From Tubiluchus corallicola (lineage: Eukaryota; Animalia; Priapulida): DNA of 64,000 nt. Every line of letters begins with the position of its first letter. Position 1 is the stretch's first letter. A program made the position numbers and the translations under genes. The notes beneath the pieces are model-generated. The model was given only the letters and a program-made list of their open reading frames with translations, ran no database searches and was not told where the DNA came from. The stretch spans positions 1 to 64,000 of the forward strand of contig JAQGDQ010001038.1 in the NCBI GenBank assembly GCA_030141605.1, read 5' to 3'. This document shows positions 1 to 20,800 of this stretch, piece by piece.

Positions 1-1539
<1,539 letters not shown>

Positions 1540-4500
1540 TCTCTATAGCAAAAATTCCTAGCAACAAATTTTTCTCAGCACCAAAATTTCTTTGTACCAA
1601 AATTAGTAGGACCAAATTTACCCACGTTAAATTTATTAGTACCAAACTTACTGCGCACCCGCATACCTCGTAACGTTTCACATTGTTCTCTAAATCAACA
1701 GCAATTCGAAGTCTATGTAGAGACAACGCGGTTTCATCATCATCGGAGTCTTCTACCTCATAATCGTAATCTTGTCTAAAGTTTTCTGAAAGTAATCATG
1801 TTAACTATTTGTTTAAAGTTTTCAGAAAGTAATCATGGTAATTATAATATTTTTGTAAGCGGTTAAATGCTGTGAACTGTTTAACCCTACTGCTTTTTTA
1901 CTGTTTCAATATGAGAATTATGTTCAAGTGTTGAGATGCTTTGCGTGATGTGTGATTCTTTATGTACATTGTATTGTTTATGGTATTGTGTTGTTCGTCA
2001 ATAAACTTAACTTATTATAACGCAAACTTACAAGTTCGGTAAAGTTCAGTTTGATTAGATTAATTCCGATGTGTTTATACTACATTTACACGAAAACACA
2101 CGGTCTCTTAATTAATTTTACAATTTTCCTTGACACACGCGATACTGATAACATGGCTTTGCATCACTAAGGGTTAGTCTATTGGGTGAATTAAATTCAC
2201 TTGATGACAATGGTACCATAATTGGTGATTTTGTACGATGAACGTGCAGTGTATTACCTGATTTAAATTGACTTGGGAAGGCGCTGGCGTAATATCCCCA
2301 GGGCAACACTTCATTGGATATTGATATAGCAGTGCTCAGTTTCAGTTATTTGACGTACGGATATATGTGGTAACGCTATTCACTTTAAATATTGGCGTAG
2401 CCTACTTCGTACGAGCATAAGCTGTTTTGCATTTTTAGTGCATCATATTTAATAAAGAGATCGTGAAATAGTCTGATTCTTACATATTTTCTCGAATGAA
2501 TCAGTATTGTCTGGCACTTCTTCCAGCCACTGAGGCAACCATTATGTGAAGGCAAAAGGCGATGGAAAATTTCCTGCTTAAGTATCTCTCGCCAATTGAC
2601 AAAACTGGCAATCTGCCAAATGGGCTAAACGAAAGCTCTGTTTATAAAATCTTGCGCGACCTGCCTCCAGGTTTTTCCAGGTCGCGCAAACAACAAGTAT
2701 AAAAGCCCTAGGGTAATGATAAAGTGGTATTACACCTAAGATGTTACTTTAACTGTTGAAAAACAGCAAAGCCAATCCGTGAGGAAAATCTGCCCTATAA
2801 TTAATCACAATTAATCATTAATTAACAAGACAAATAATGATGTACATTGGAAATGTAGAAAGACAAATTTCTCTCATCTTGAAAGAATGTGCATGCAGAA
2901 TATAAATTTGCACTATATAAGAGAAATTTATCATTAGCGTCATTATCATCAATCATCATCATCATCATCACTGCCAACATCACCATCACCACCACCGCCG
3001 CCGCCGCAGCCACCGCCACCACCATCACCATCATCATTGTCATCACTATCACTGCACTCGAGTTCTAAGTAAACTAAATACTGAGCAAGACATAGGTCTA
3101 CGTAGGTATTGTTCCCTACATTTGTCGCAAAATCCGCTTTAAACCAAGCCTGGCTTCTTTGGTGGCCTTACAATATTATTTAGATCGTATGCTTCGTTCA
3201 TGCATGTGTAACCATGCGTTTAGTTAACCTTGCCTATAAAAAGGAAGTGTCACCGCTGATCAGTGACCACCTATCAGCAGGTACCACAAAAGCGTGGTCC
3301 CCTTTATCTTGTTTTTTATATAGGCCTGTATGTGAGATTATTCATTTAAAGTGCTGTGAACTTTTGAACCGTCAATTTGAAACGTAAAGTGTAACAGTTA
3401 AATTTGAATTTTGTTAATAAAGTGTATTATTAGTGTGGCCACAATTTATACAAATCGTTATATTTCTCTAATGACTATTTTTGACTGGATTATTTTCACA
3501 GCACAATTAATGCAAAATCACAGGTAAGAGCAAGTCAATCAATACCCACTAAGGTTTAAGCGTAATGCAACCTTTCTGACTGCAATAAATTAGACATAAA
3601 TTAGTGTTAACAGTGCACGACCCAAGACAGGCTCTTTCTCTCTCTTTAATGCTATTTGGCATCAAATTCAATTTTTTCGATAACATTATACTTTTTGTGT
3701 TATTTGATGTAACAGAATTATTTGTAAGTCCTTTTGAACGCATTAGTATTTGTTCTGGAAATTACTGATATGCAGAAGACATCTTCACCTGCAGAAGTTA
3801 GGTCTTGAAAGTTTAAAATTTGGCTAAGCACAGTATCGAACCCTCAAAACATTAACTGGAGTGCAGAGAGCACGTCGCATAAATGCAAAGTCAGTACACA
3901 AAACACTTCTGTTCTATAACAGGAGGCAGCAAACTACGTGAAATAAATAAAAGTAAGTAAAATAAAAAAGATTATTCAAAAGAAATTTAAATGTTTTTTT
4001 TATAAACCGGATGGCAGTATGATGTGTGGTCACACCTCAAACATGTGATGTATTGTGAAGGAATGTTTACAGCATTTCAGGGAATTGAAATTTTTCACTT
4101 TGCTCTTTCTCAACAGCGTTTTATCTTGTATTTTTATGCCCAAACCGCCGCAGTTATTACTAGATTTTTATTTTATAAAACGCTGGAAATGGAATAATTT
4201 CAATGTTGCATTGCCAACACAAAGTAAGCCGGTTTTATTTACAATCTGACATGAAAGTATCAAAGCGCTAGTGAAAGCGTTAAAAAGCATTCAAAAGTGA
4301 TGTGACTTGCAACAATTTGTGAATAAATAACATTTGTCGTGTTACACACGTACTTGCTATTGATCAGTGTCATAAAGACAGCAGGATAGAAGACGTTAAA
4401 GGCCTATACATGTATATTGTGTAACCTCAACAGAGACTGAAGTTTTTTAACGCATTATTGTGATAACACAAATAATTTATAATTATTATTAAACGAAAGA

Positions 4501-4942
4501 CTCTTATAAATTAAATAACTAAACCTTTTTCAAGCGAATTTCGTAAGCGTGCCGTAAAGACCGCCATGTTTCTCGTCTTTGGCACGAGAATAACGTACGA
4601 AGTACATCGTACGAAGTTTAAAAACGTCTTTGGTTACCGATGTTTGTTTGTGATTTTTGGTGACGTCGTGACTGTACTCATAACGTCATTCGTCTCGCGC
4701 AACGAAAAATGGCGGTTTTTCAAATTTAAAACGGTTAACAACGAAGTGATGAAAAACAAGTTTTTAGCAAAATAAATTGAATACTCGTAATGAGAGTAGG
4801 ATTTTGTGTTGTAAATGCTTATATTATAGTGAGGGTTTAGTTTGAATTTATATTTTCCAGAAGGACAAAAAAGGAAAAGAATCGGAGATGAGACTGTGAA
4901 AGTAGTCTCGTGGAGACAGTCTTAAATGAGTGTTGAAACCAA

Positions 4943-4994
4943 CGGTCGCCCATCCATTCATTGACCGATCACAGCGTTACTTAACTTCACTCAC
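4943..4994 (-). mobile_element. 5S rRNA-derived (SINE3-like) fragment
   Basis: The minus strand reads GAAGTTAAGT-N23-GGATGGGCGACCG, matching the 5S internal promoter A box and C box with 5S spacing. There is no complete 5S gene. Confidence 0.5.
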
Positions 4995-5439
4995 AAAACA
5001 ACTTTGCAATAAGTTTATGTTTGGCAAAATAAAATGTAACGAAGCAACCGCTTACCATTGGCAACAAACTCAGGAAGTTAAAAAATTATAATGACCATTA
5101 CCAACTGGCAACCAAATTTGCAATACCAGATAGAACATACTTTGCGAGGCTGTGACTGACTTTAAGTGGATTGTGATAAGGCCAATACTGGGTTTCAACA
5201 GTACTGTAAGGAATTAGAGAAAAACAAAAAATAAAACTCAAAGGTACAGCTGTTAGGCAAATATTAGTCAAATTAGTTTACATTTCACATAGAAATAACT
5301 TAAAGAAACTACCGGAAAGGCACTATTTAAAATGACTAGACAGGAGGCAAATTATGCGTTTCACGCCTTTCTAAAGAAATCAGCAAGTATTAATGCTGGC
5401 AGGTACAATCGCACAGTGTGCTTTTCAGATTCCTAAATG

Positions 5440-5645
5440 CTTTCTTAACTGCTGCATGCGCTATATGCTTTAGCTTTAACATTTTTCATTTGAGACCATT
5501 GTGAGGAACCGCAACTTAATTACCAAAAAGATGACAAATGCACACATAACGCACGTAGACATGGTTAAGACTTCACGTTGTTCTTAGGCCTATGAGTTTT
5601 CTGAAGATGGTCTAAGAATCAAGGACTGAAACATAAAATTTTAAC
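5440..5645 (+). mobile_element. Penelope-like element 3' remnant with minimal hammerhead-like motif
   Basis: Degenerate frame ...FFI*DHCEEPQLNYQK resembles the GIY-YIG C-terminal PxLN motif. It is followed by CTGAAGA-stem-GAAA at 5601-5631. Confidence 0.4.
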
Positions 5646-8600
5646 CATGTCTACGTGTTTTATATAGGCGTTTGCCCTCCTTTGGATAACATTTTTCTTA
5701 ACTTAAGCCACCACTTGCAGTGAGTATAGTTTACCATTGTTTACCTAGTTGGTTAAGCATATTGCCAATATTAGCATTAGAGTGTTTTCTTTCACAAGCT
5801 AAGAGTTCTTCTTTTTCTTCTTCTACCCTTTTTGCTTTTTTCCTGTTGTCCATCCAAGATCGGTTATCGTGCCAACCCTTTTCGATATCAAATTATTCCT
5901 TCAGAAAAATTATCCATAGTTCCTGAAAGAAGACGCGTATTGGAATATAATTGTATAAGGGACACTGATTAAACTTGTACGTGGTAAACATGTAAACATG
6001 CAAATATGTCACAAGTACAAGATTTGTATGAAAATATCTATTTAGTGTGTATGTCGCAAATTTTTGTCCACATATTATTGACAAGCGAATTCTGTTTGAA
6101 TTATGAAGTTAGGTTACTTTTGCGTAAACTGCATGGAAAAACTGTCTAGGGTTGAAACTGTAAGCATGACCTGGCATCCGGAATGCGTATGCGTTATACA
6201 GATGCGGAATAGATGTAATTGGTTTACATTGTTTTCAATGTACCCGTTTATGCGTTATTTTTCTGCAGTTTTTTTCCGATTGATTTTTATACGCAGCTTT
6301 GCGCAGGTGCGTAACGCATTCCGGAGCCAGGTAAACGCTACTTATTGTAAGACTATGCGTTATACCAGCGTGCAGCCGCGCAAAATGTAATACTGCACTG
6401 TAGATGAAATGCCGTGTATTTTCACCCCTACCCCTGCAGTGTAATGGTTCTTTCCATTACGAAACTTTTGCAGTGTGGATACTAGCATGCAGACGTTCCG
6501 TAATTCAGTAGCAGCACGGGCCGTTGTGTTTGCGATGTTAGTATCTGTTCCGCAATTCAATATGGAAGACACAAAATAAGTTTTCTGATGATACTTTTGA
6601 TAGTTTTTGGAAAAATTCTATGGTCTGTAAAAACAGGCTTGGCCGCCGTCAGTTCAATACATTATTTATTGATTTAAAGAGTACATGAACCTCGTTAGTA
6701 GTTAAGGCAAAAAGTGTTGGCGTTTTTCAAATCTTGTTGATAAAAAGTCGAAAGTAAAAAAAACTGGCGCCAAACGAGCGGCACCAATCCCAAGAAGTTT
6801 CAGGCTTTGTGTACATTGTACCGGCCCAACGACACAAGTCAAATTGTTTTTCCATATAATCTTTGGACTAAGTCATTCAGTTGTTTTAGTAGTCTGTTAA
6901 CAAGTGCGTAAAATGAACTATATAATTGCATCTGTAATAAAACACAACAGACAAAGAGCCTTTACTATTGAATTATTGATATAAATATTTAACCAGAAAT
7001 GGGATATCACAGTTTAATTGCGATAACATCGATATTACGATGCAAGTTAAAATTTTGTAACAGAAATCCAACAGACCAAGAGCGTTTACTATCATTACTT
7101 GCTTTATTTGTTACTTTATTATCAAATACGTACCAAGAAATAAGATATCTGATATTAGTTACGAAAACATCGATACTTGAAATTGTGATGCAAGATAAGT
7201 TTGCAAATGTACAAAAATGAAAACTTAACCATTTACAAATTTTGGTAATTGTAATAATAACACAATAATATAATTGTAAAAATATATAATACGGAAATTT
7301 AACTAAACGAAAATAAACATAAACCAATTGTAAGCAGAGCCTAAACATGTTACAATTTTTTACTGTCCTTGTGACTGGGAAGGAAAGAAAAATCAAGGTG
7401 ATATGCAAATCTGTATGAAACGTCATTGTAATTTCCCCTAAATTTCCATGAAGTATATGGGCCCTTCTACAAATTGCGCAGCCTGCATAAGTTTAAAAAG
7501 ACATTCATGCTGGTAAAGGCACAGGAAGCAATAATATCATTGATAGCATAACATTGACAAATAACTAAAATACTGATTGTTATTCGATAAGTACGTTCGA
7601 AAGGTGTTGTCTTCCTACTAGTATGATCGTATCGTTTAGTGTCATCAACAAGGTTTTGGAATGAAGTCTTTCTATATTCAGGAATTTGTTCTAATCAGCA
7701 AAACGATTTCGCTTAGTTTGTGCTTCATTTATTGATTTGTTTTAAGCAATTTGCTTCTATTGTAAATATAAATCAAAATTTGTACTACAAAAAGAAATAT
7801 TTCTGTTACATAATGACTGCTTGCAAGATTACATTCTAGGTTCCCGTTGTGAACGCTAATTTCGACTGCTTTCTTTTTGACTTTTTTACGTAGTTGTTGT
7901 CACTCAAAAAAAAATATATAACTCTTCCAGCCAGTCAGGTGTTTGCCGTAAAGCAAGCACTCGTGAGAGAACTCCGCAATTTTTTTAATTACTGTCAAAA
8001 CATTCAGTAAATTGCAAGGAAGAGGAAATGACGTCATATCCCTACGCAAGCAACCGATCAATCAGTAAACAATCTATTAAATGAAGCGAGTTGAGCTTAA
8101 CGGGTTTAGCTAAAACTGGCATAAAATCTAAAGCGATTACAGGACGTCGTTTAATGATATTAAATCGAATTTGTAAACGCATCAAGTAAGTCCAATCCAA
8201 GTTAATCAAGAAATAGCAACGTTTCGCTTGTCACGTAGCTATCTTCAACTAGCTTTAGTTAGGCTTTTACATCACAGTGGGCAAAGAGTTTGTATAAGCC
8301 CTCCAGTGGACTTCAGCAAAGACACCCATTTGTCTTAAGCCATGATGCGTTTCGCATTTACTTCGAGTATGCGGTCCCTTGTGCTAAATCCCAGAAAAAA
8401 CGTATTTATTTAAGATTTCTCACGAAAGTTTGTGCTATATTAGGCTTCACCATAAATACTGGACATAGTATGAAAAGTCTTGTCTCCTATAAAGCCCACG
8501 TTGGAACGAGCAGAAAACGTAGGAAAACAGTTCAGTGGTCCTTGTTCCTATCCCAAGTTACGGGATAAACTTAATCACAATTTAAGTTGTATTGTTTATT

Positions 8601-9085
8601 TCCCAATTCGACTTTTTTACATAGACGGCCTCTCGGTTATATTTATTCTGAACTTTGGAAAGGATCTTGTACATAAAAGGCGATCAAATCAGGAAAATAT
8701 CGTAAACTTCACAAAATACCAAATAACCTCAGAACCTCAGAAGCAATGTACCATCTCAGAAATAGAAAACGAAATGCACTTTTTTCTGTCAGTGTCAAGA
8801 AATCAGAACTATGATTAGTAATAAAACTGTTAAAATATGCCTTGAATATTTGGATTTGTCAGACATAAGTAAATTTGTATTAGCGATTGGCACGACGACA
8901 TAGAAATCTAATGTGTAATTTTGTGGAACCTTCTCTTAGGAAACGTGCCCATGGCTGACCAGGGCAGTCTAGCGCTATTCGTGCAAGGCTTAAATTACTT
9001 GCGTTTGTAAAAATAAGGGCAGCAATCAAAGTCAACAGCAGGTAGTATGCAATTCCTCACACACAAGAAATTAATTCGTGAAGCG

Positions 9086-9150
9086 GATTAAGGTTAAGGT
9101 TAGGGTTGGGTTATGTTTAGGGTTAGGTTAGGGTTAGGTTAGGGTTAAGG
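9086..9150 (+). repeat. Degenerate interstitial telomere-like (TTAGGG/TTAGG)n tract
   Basis: ttaaggttaaggttagggttgggttatgtttagggttaggttagggttaggttagggttaagg. Confidence 0.75.
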
Positions 9151-10174
9151 TATTTAAATTGTGTGGGAAATTTATATATTTATTTTAAACTATAACGGAT
9201 TTAAATTTGGCTATATCTACATATTATATTTAAAATTGAACCATAACGAGTTTATCAATATTTTATGTGTATTCGTTGTTAAGAAACCTAATGCTATTTA
9301 TTATATTTGTTACTTATGTTATGTTACGCTGTTATGTTATATCGTATTTTTACAGTGTATTTAACTTTAAACTGTGTAAATTAGTGTTTATGTTTTGTAG
9401 TTGTGCTATAACTAATGTTCTTATTACCCAGTAAATGTCTTAAAAGTCTCGAAATGATTCCACGCACATGTTTGTGCATCAGTGGATTAAATTTTCACGG
9501 AATCAAAATTCTTAAAAACAAAGTAACCCTCGAGAAATTCATCCCCCAATATAATAAAAGTTGCAGATGCATTCTGCCAAATTTGCTAGAAACGTTGTTC
9601 ATATCATGAATAATTAGACTTTTCAAGACTAAGGCAAAAAAGGTCAGTAATAAATGCAGCGACGTTGCCCTGAGATTGGTCTTGCTATCAAAGTTGACAT
9701 CTCTAGAAGATGAGTCATCATAAATGCACTAAAGAAGCTCTATTTACTGAACAAATATCAATTTGCATCACATTATCAAAACGGGAATAGTGAAAGTAAT
9801 GCATGAGTAAAGGGCAAAATAAAGCTAAAAAGAATTTGTAAAACACGATTACATTTTACTTTAATGCAATGCCTGTAAAATTCTAGAAATTTTTTGTAAT
9901 TACGTTTATTAAACACAATGTAGTTATTTATTTTAAAAAATCGCGTCACTTTTGGATATTCGCAGCACAAGCAAAGCAAAAAGACTCAAACGTGAACTCG
10001 GCCTTCAACAAGAGGCGGATAATTATTTTTATTTCTCATTTAAATCTTCTTTGTTTTGGTAAAAACGTGTAATAAACGAAACAGCACCCTTGAAAATCAC
10101 TCGACAAAATACAAATACCACACAGAAAATTTAGTTGACTAACTATTTCCTTCGGTCTGTTTGAAACAGTTTTC

Positions 10175-10177
<3 letters not shown>

Positions 10178-10257
<80 letters not shown>

Positions 10258-10366
10258 CTTCTTGCTCCCTCCCTCTTTCTCTCTCCCTTCCTCCCCTCCT
10301 CTCTCTGTCAGTCAGACAGTCTGTCTGTCTGTCTCTCTCTATCTCTCTATCTCTGTCTCTTTCTCT
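10178..10366. repeat. (CT)n microsatellite with degenerate pyrimidine tail
   Basis: Read directly from the sequence. Confidence 0.95.
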
Positions 10367-11779
10367 CGACTGAAACCTTGGTAATAACGTCCGCTTTATA
10401 AGTAAAAATTTTACAGTAACGTTTTTTGTTTGGGCACCTATTTTGATTGTTTTTGCAAACTAACTAAAATTCTGTTTTACCTGACAAGAAGTTTAGTCTT
10501 GCATTTTAAAATTTAATGTATAGCAGGCAATGACACAAGAGCTGGCTTGTATTAGTATGCTATAATTTCGAAATTGTGTTACCAAGACGCCCAGTCTCTC
10601 TCTTTGATTTTTAATGCAGCAAAATCCGTCACAATGTTTTTCCACTCAGTTACAGTATTATTTACTCACCTTCAAATAAAACAGGATACTCGTCTATATG
10701 AATGGGTTCAAAATGGTATGCTTTGGGATAGCACTGAAGTTGGAGGAACTGCAAGCTGCTAAGTTGCTCTTTTCGTCGTAATCATCATTAACATATTTGT
10801 CGCCATCATTTTTGCCTTTGACACTCGCTCTGGCAATTTAATTCGAACGCTGATCCTGGCTGTTTACTTCAAACGTGTCCCATTTTCTTCCGCTGATTTA
10901 TTCTTGATAATAAGCCAGATCCCGGCCTTGCCACGAAACACTGACATTGCGTTCGTCCGAATGTTGAAAGCTGGATTCTTCCTTGCAGTGGGTCATTTGG
11001 TATATAAAATTTCATCAAAACTGACCGCCGCCGCCGACGCCGACGCCGCCACCACTACCACTACCACCACCACCATCGTCATCATCACCATCACCATCAC
11101 CATCACCACTATCACCACCATCATCATCATCACCATCGTCATTATAATCATGCGGGAATGACCATCAGGAAAGGTCATAGCTGCCGCGTCAGCGTCAATA
11201 AATGTTCTCATCATTGTAAAAGTATTTCTCTTTTATTTTTATGCTATTTGGCTGATTGGTACTAATTAAGCGCAAAGTTTCGCAACAACATAGTGTTAAT
11301 TTATCAGTACAGGTGTTTTACGTTACACTAAAACAAAAAACGTTTTCCTGGTGGTCGGCGTCATTTTGTGTTAAAATAGCTGTCAGTTAAGTGCATTAAC
11401 CTTATTTATGGATTTTATCGCTACGATTAACTTTCTTCATCACAACCACATCTTGATAGCTCCCAGCGGTTAATTGTTGTTTTATTGCCTATTCCAAGAC
11501 AACGCTTCTAGCATCATTTCTGCGAGAAGCTAAAGATGCTGTGTTACTATGACAACCGTAATCGGTTTGATAGTGTGAGGTCTTTACTGGCTGTGATGCA
11601 ATGTTATCATATTTTAATTGCTAAAAAGAAGTAAAAGCATGACATGATTATGTCAAAAGTTAATTATTTTGAGTTCAATATGCTGACAAATCTTGGCAAA
11701 ATGAATTTGTGTAGGTCAGCCATTGGAAAATTCTGCTCGTAAAATTTTTGCATTGCTTTATCAGATCCTAAATAATTGA

Positions 11780-12250
11780 TCTACACCATCCACTCCTCTC
11801 AGTTACTAGGAAAAGTATCAGCAAACAACTGTTAAGTGCATCATCCACTCTTTTCATTTACTACCAAATGTGTCGGCAAACCGCTCTAATACTAGTTGAG
11901 ATAGATAGTTAATGTTCTGTTTGCAAAATGTAGATGTTCTGTTTGCGAATGTAGAGATTTCAGTGACTCGCCAACATACTTTGGTAGTAAGTAAATGGTG
12001 TGGATGATGCATTTCACTTAAGCATTACCGTGGCTTGTTGACATTTTTGCTGGAAACTTAATGCAATGAATGGTGCAGCTCAACAATTACTAAAGCAGTT
12101 CGCTGATACATTTGCTAGTAACTAGATAGTGTGGATGAAACAGTTCAACAAGTATTGCAGTGGTTTGCCGACACCTTTGCTAGTAACTGAAATGAGTGGA
12201 CGGTGCAGCTTAACATATACTGAGTGGTATGCTGATGCCTTTCCTAGTGT
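11780..12250. repeat. Foldback-like array of ~60-65-bp subrepeats in opposite orientations
   Basis: Units such as CATCCACTC..AGTTACTAG..GTCGGCAAAC (11780-11885) recur as reverse complements, GTTTGCCGACA..CTAGTAACT..GAGTGGA (11965-12250, about 4 copies). Confidence 0.6.
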
Positions 12251-12599
12251 CGCGAACTAATTCGCGAGTTTATTTTATGAACTCTGTGAACTTTACTAAC
12301 TCGTTTCAGTAACAGTAGAGCAAGTCATACTACAGTGCCTAAATGTAATAACTTTCTCACCTGACAGGTTTCTGCTGCATTGTTCAAGGTTAACCAGTTT
12401 TAGGTGGTTTGAGCTTTCTAGTTTAATCAAGTTATTCACAACGTAATGTACATGGAAAAGCAGTCAATAATAAAGTTTTGAGTGTTTGTGCAACTAAATG
12501 AATTTGGGTTATGTTGTTACACATATTGACAAGAGCCTTTTTTCACACCTAGTAACTATGCCTTTCCAAAAGCGTTTTTATAAACATTTTGACAAGACC

Positions 12600-12990
12600 C
12601 TTAATAACAGCTAAATCTTTTCTGAGAACAATAAAAACATCGACATAGCACGAAATAAAAACGCAAGTGATGTGCTTGCACGCTATGCTGAAAGTGCTAA
12701 TCTAAGTTGGGCAGATCTTGATAAATTTATATTAGCCACCTGGAACGGCAAAATCCGGTTCAGAAGCTTTTTTAATCTTATGTCTTCTCTCACAGCCCTG
12801 CGTCTGCCAACTGGTAGATATGGTAGAATCCCTTGCGCTCAACCTTCCACTTGGCAGAGGTTTTAACTCCTTCCTATATACAATTAGTTTCGCCGATAAT
12901 AATTACTGTAAGTGTCTTACAGATGGACAAACGCCCGAACACTTAGTATTTGACTGCCATTTGAATTCGTACAACGCTAAATCTATGCCA
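12600..12990 (+). mobile_element. Non-LTR retrotransposon ORF2 3' remnant (zinc-knuckle end)
   Basis: FNSFLYTISFADNNYCKCLTDGQTPEHLVFDC resembles the C-terminal CxC..TxEHLxFDC knuckle of LINE ORF2. The frame is disrupted upstream. Confidence 0.6.
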
Positions 12991-14452
12991 AAACGTTTTA
13001 CCTTCACTAAATTTATAACACCTGTATATTTTTCGCGATATATATATATATATATGTATGTATGTATGTATACGTGCAGCCTTCAATGATATCGTACACG
13101 AAATCTCAGTTGTAGTGTTCGTAGTATCGTACAGCTTGTAGCTATTTTTGCAACAACTTGAAAATTACCGGACAATAATCTTCAAAATTCAAAGCGTATT
13201 CATTCATAATTATATTCATTGTGTATTAATTGTGTGCGTGAGTGCGTGCGGTGCGTGCGTGCGTATGCTTAGAGCACGAAATCATTTAATTGCAGTCAGC
13301 TGAAGAATTAGGTGACTCTGCTCGTGTATTACGTACGTATCATTTATTTTGAAAACGTAATACAAAAAGTGGTGAAAGTTGTACACAATATTGTAGAAAA
13401 ATTTACAGATGATGTTCTTATACATGCCATATATTGATTTTGTACATGCAAGTCATGCAAGCAACTTATATACAGTAGTAGTAATAATGATGATATCATT
13501 AGAACATTTATAACAAGAACTAGATTATCCAGCTTACCTGTGCATGTTCTAAGTAACACAAGTAACGCTTTCAGGTCACACGTTAGACCAACATTACTAT
13601 ATGGTTGTTATTTGGTCAGCCCTTAGTCTGTCTGTTTTGAAAAACTGCGATTTTTGGCTTTGCTACGAGTCCACATTCACACAAGCATTATATAAAGCAG
13701 TGTCAAATCAAATATGACGTGCACTTCATTGTGCTTTTATCGAACAGGCTTCGAAATTTATCTGCCATTCTGTATACCAAAAGCAGCGGCGGGCTTCAAC
13801 CAGTCACAACTAATCGATGCATGCGGCAGCAGCAGAAGCAGCTGAAAACTCCCAATAGACATGAGCTTTGAATTATTCAAGAAAGTTAAACCGCTAATGT
13901 TTTATTAACAGACGTCGATGTGCAACGTGAAATTTGTTTAAAAATATTAAGAATAATAAGCCGCATGAGATCCAGGAAAGATTAAAAACCTGGCAAGGGA
14001 TTAGAAGCCAGGTCTTACAATTTACTGTGACCAAATTAACTAAACTTTTGAGACTGGTTTACCAACACTTTGAGGAAATCAAATACTATAAAACATGACA
14101 GATAGAAGGGAACTAAAATATAACATGCTAGTTATGACGATAGACATAGACATGGAAACGGACACGTACATGAACACGAAATAGGCACATAGCCACACGC
14201 GTAGACAGAGGATAGGAACAAAAAATTGGCGTTCAAGTCATCAATTGACTTGTTACTGCTTTTTCCAAAAACGTGCATACTGCAAATTTTGTAGTAGTTT
14301 TTGACTCCATACTAGAAGGTACAACAGTTACCGCTTTAAATCCATAAAGATGGCATTGTGTAGAGTAGAAATAGGTAAAACCACTTGGTTCGTCGGTCTT
14401 ATCCTTGATCGGAGTAGGCTATGTGATGCACCAAACACAAAAAATGCAAGAC

Positions 14453-20340
<5,888 letters not shown>

Positions 20341-20504
20341 TTTTTTCGAAAGCATTGTTGAAGTTCGAACAGAACATTGTTATCCATGGCAGTTAAGTGA
20401 CGGAACTGCTTAGCTGGCTTCCCTGACTGCACCATTCCTATTACTGCTGCTTCCTATAGACATCTATAGGAATGATAGTAGCTGAAGTATCTATATCAAC
20501 AGCA

Positions 20505-20800
<296 letters not shown>

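Noticed and set aside
8290-8818. Two overlapping 92- and 112-aa ORFs
   Set aside because: No recognisable domain or exon boundaries; at most a faint RT-like LGFTIN word.
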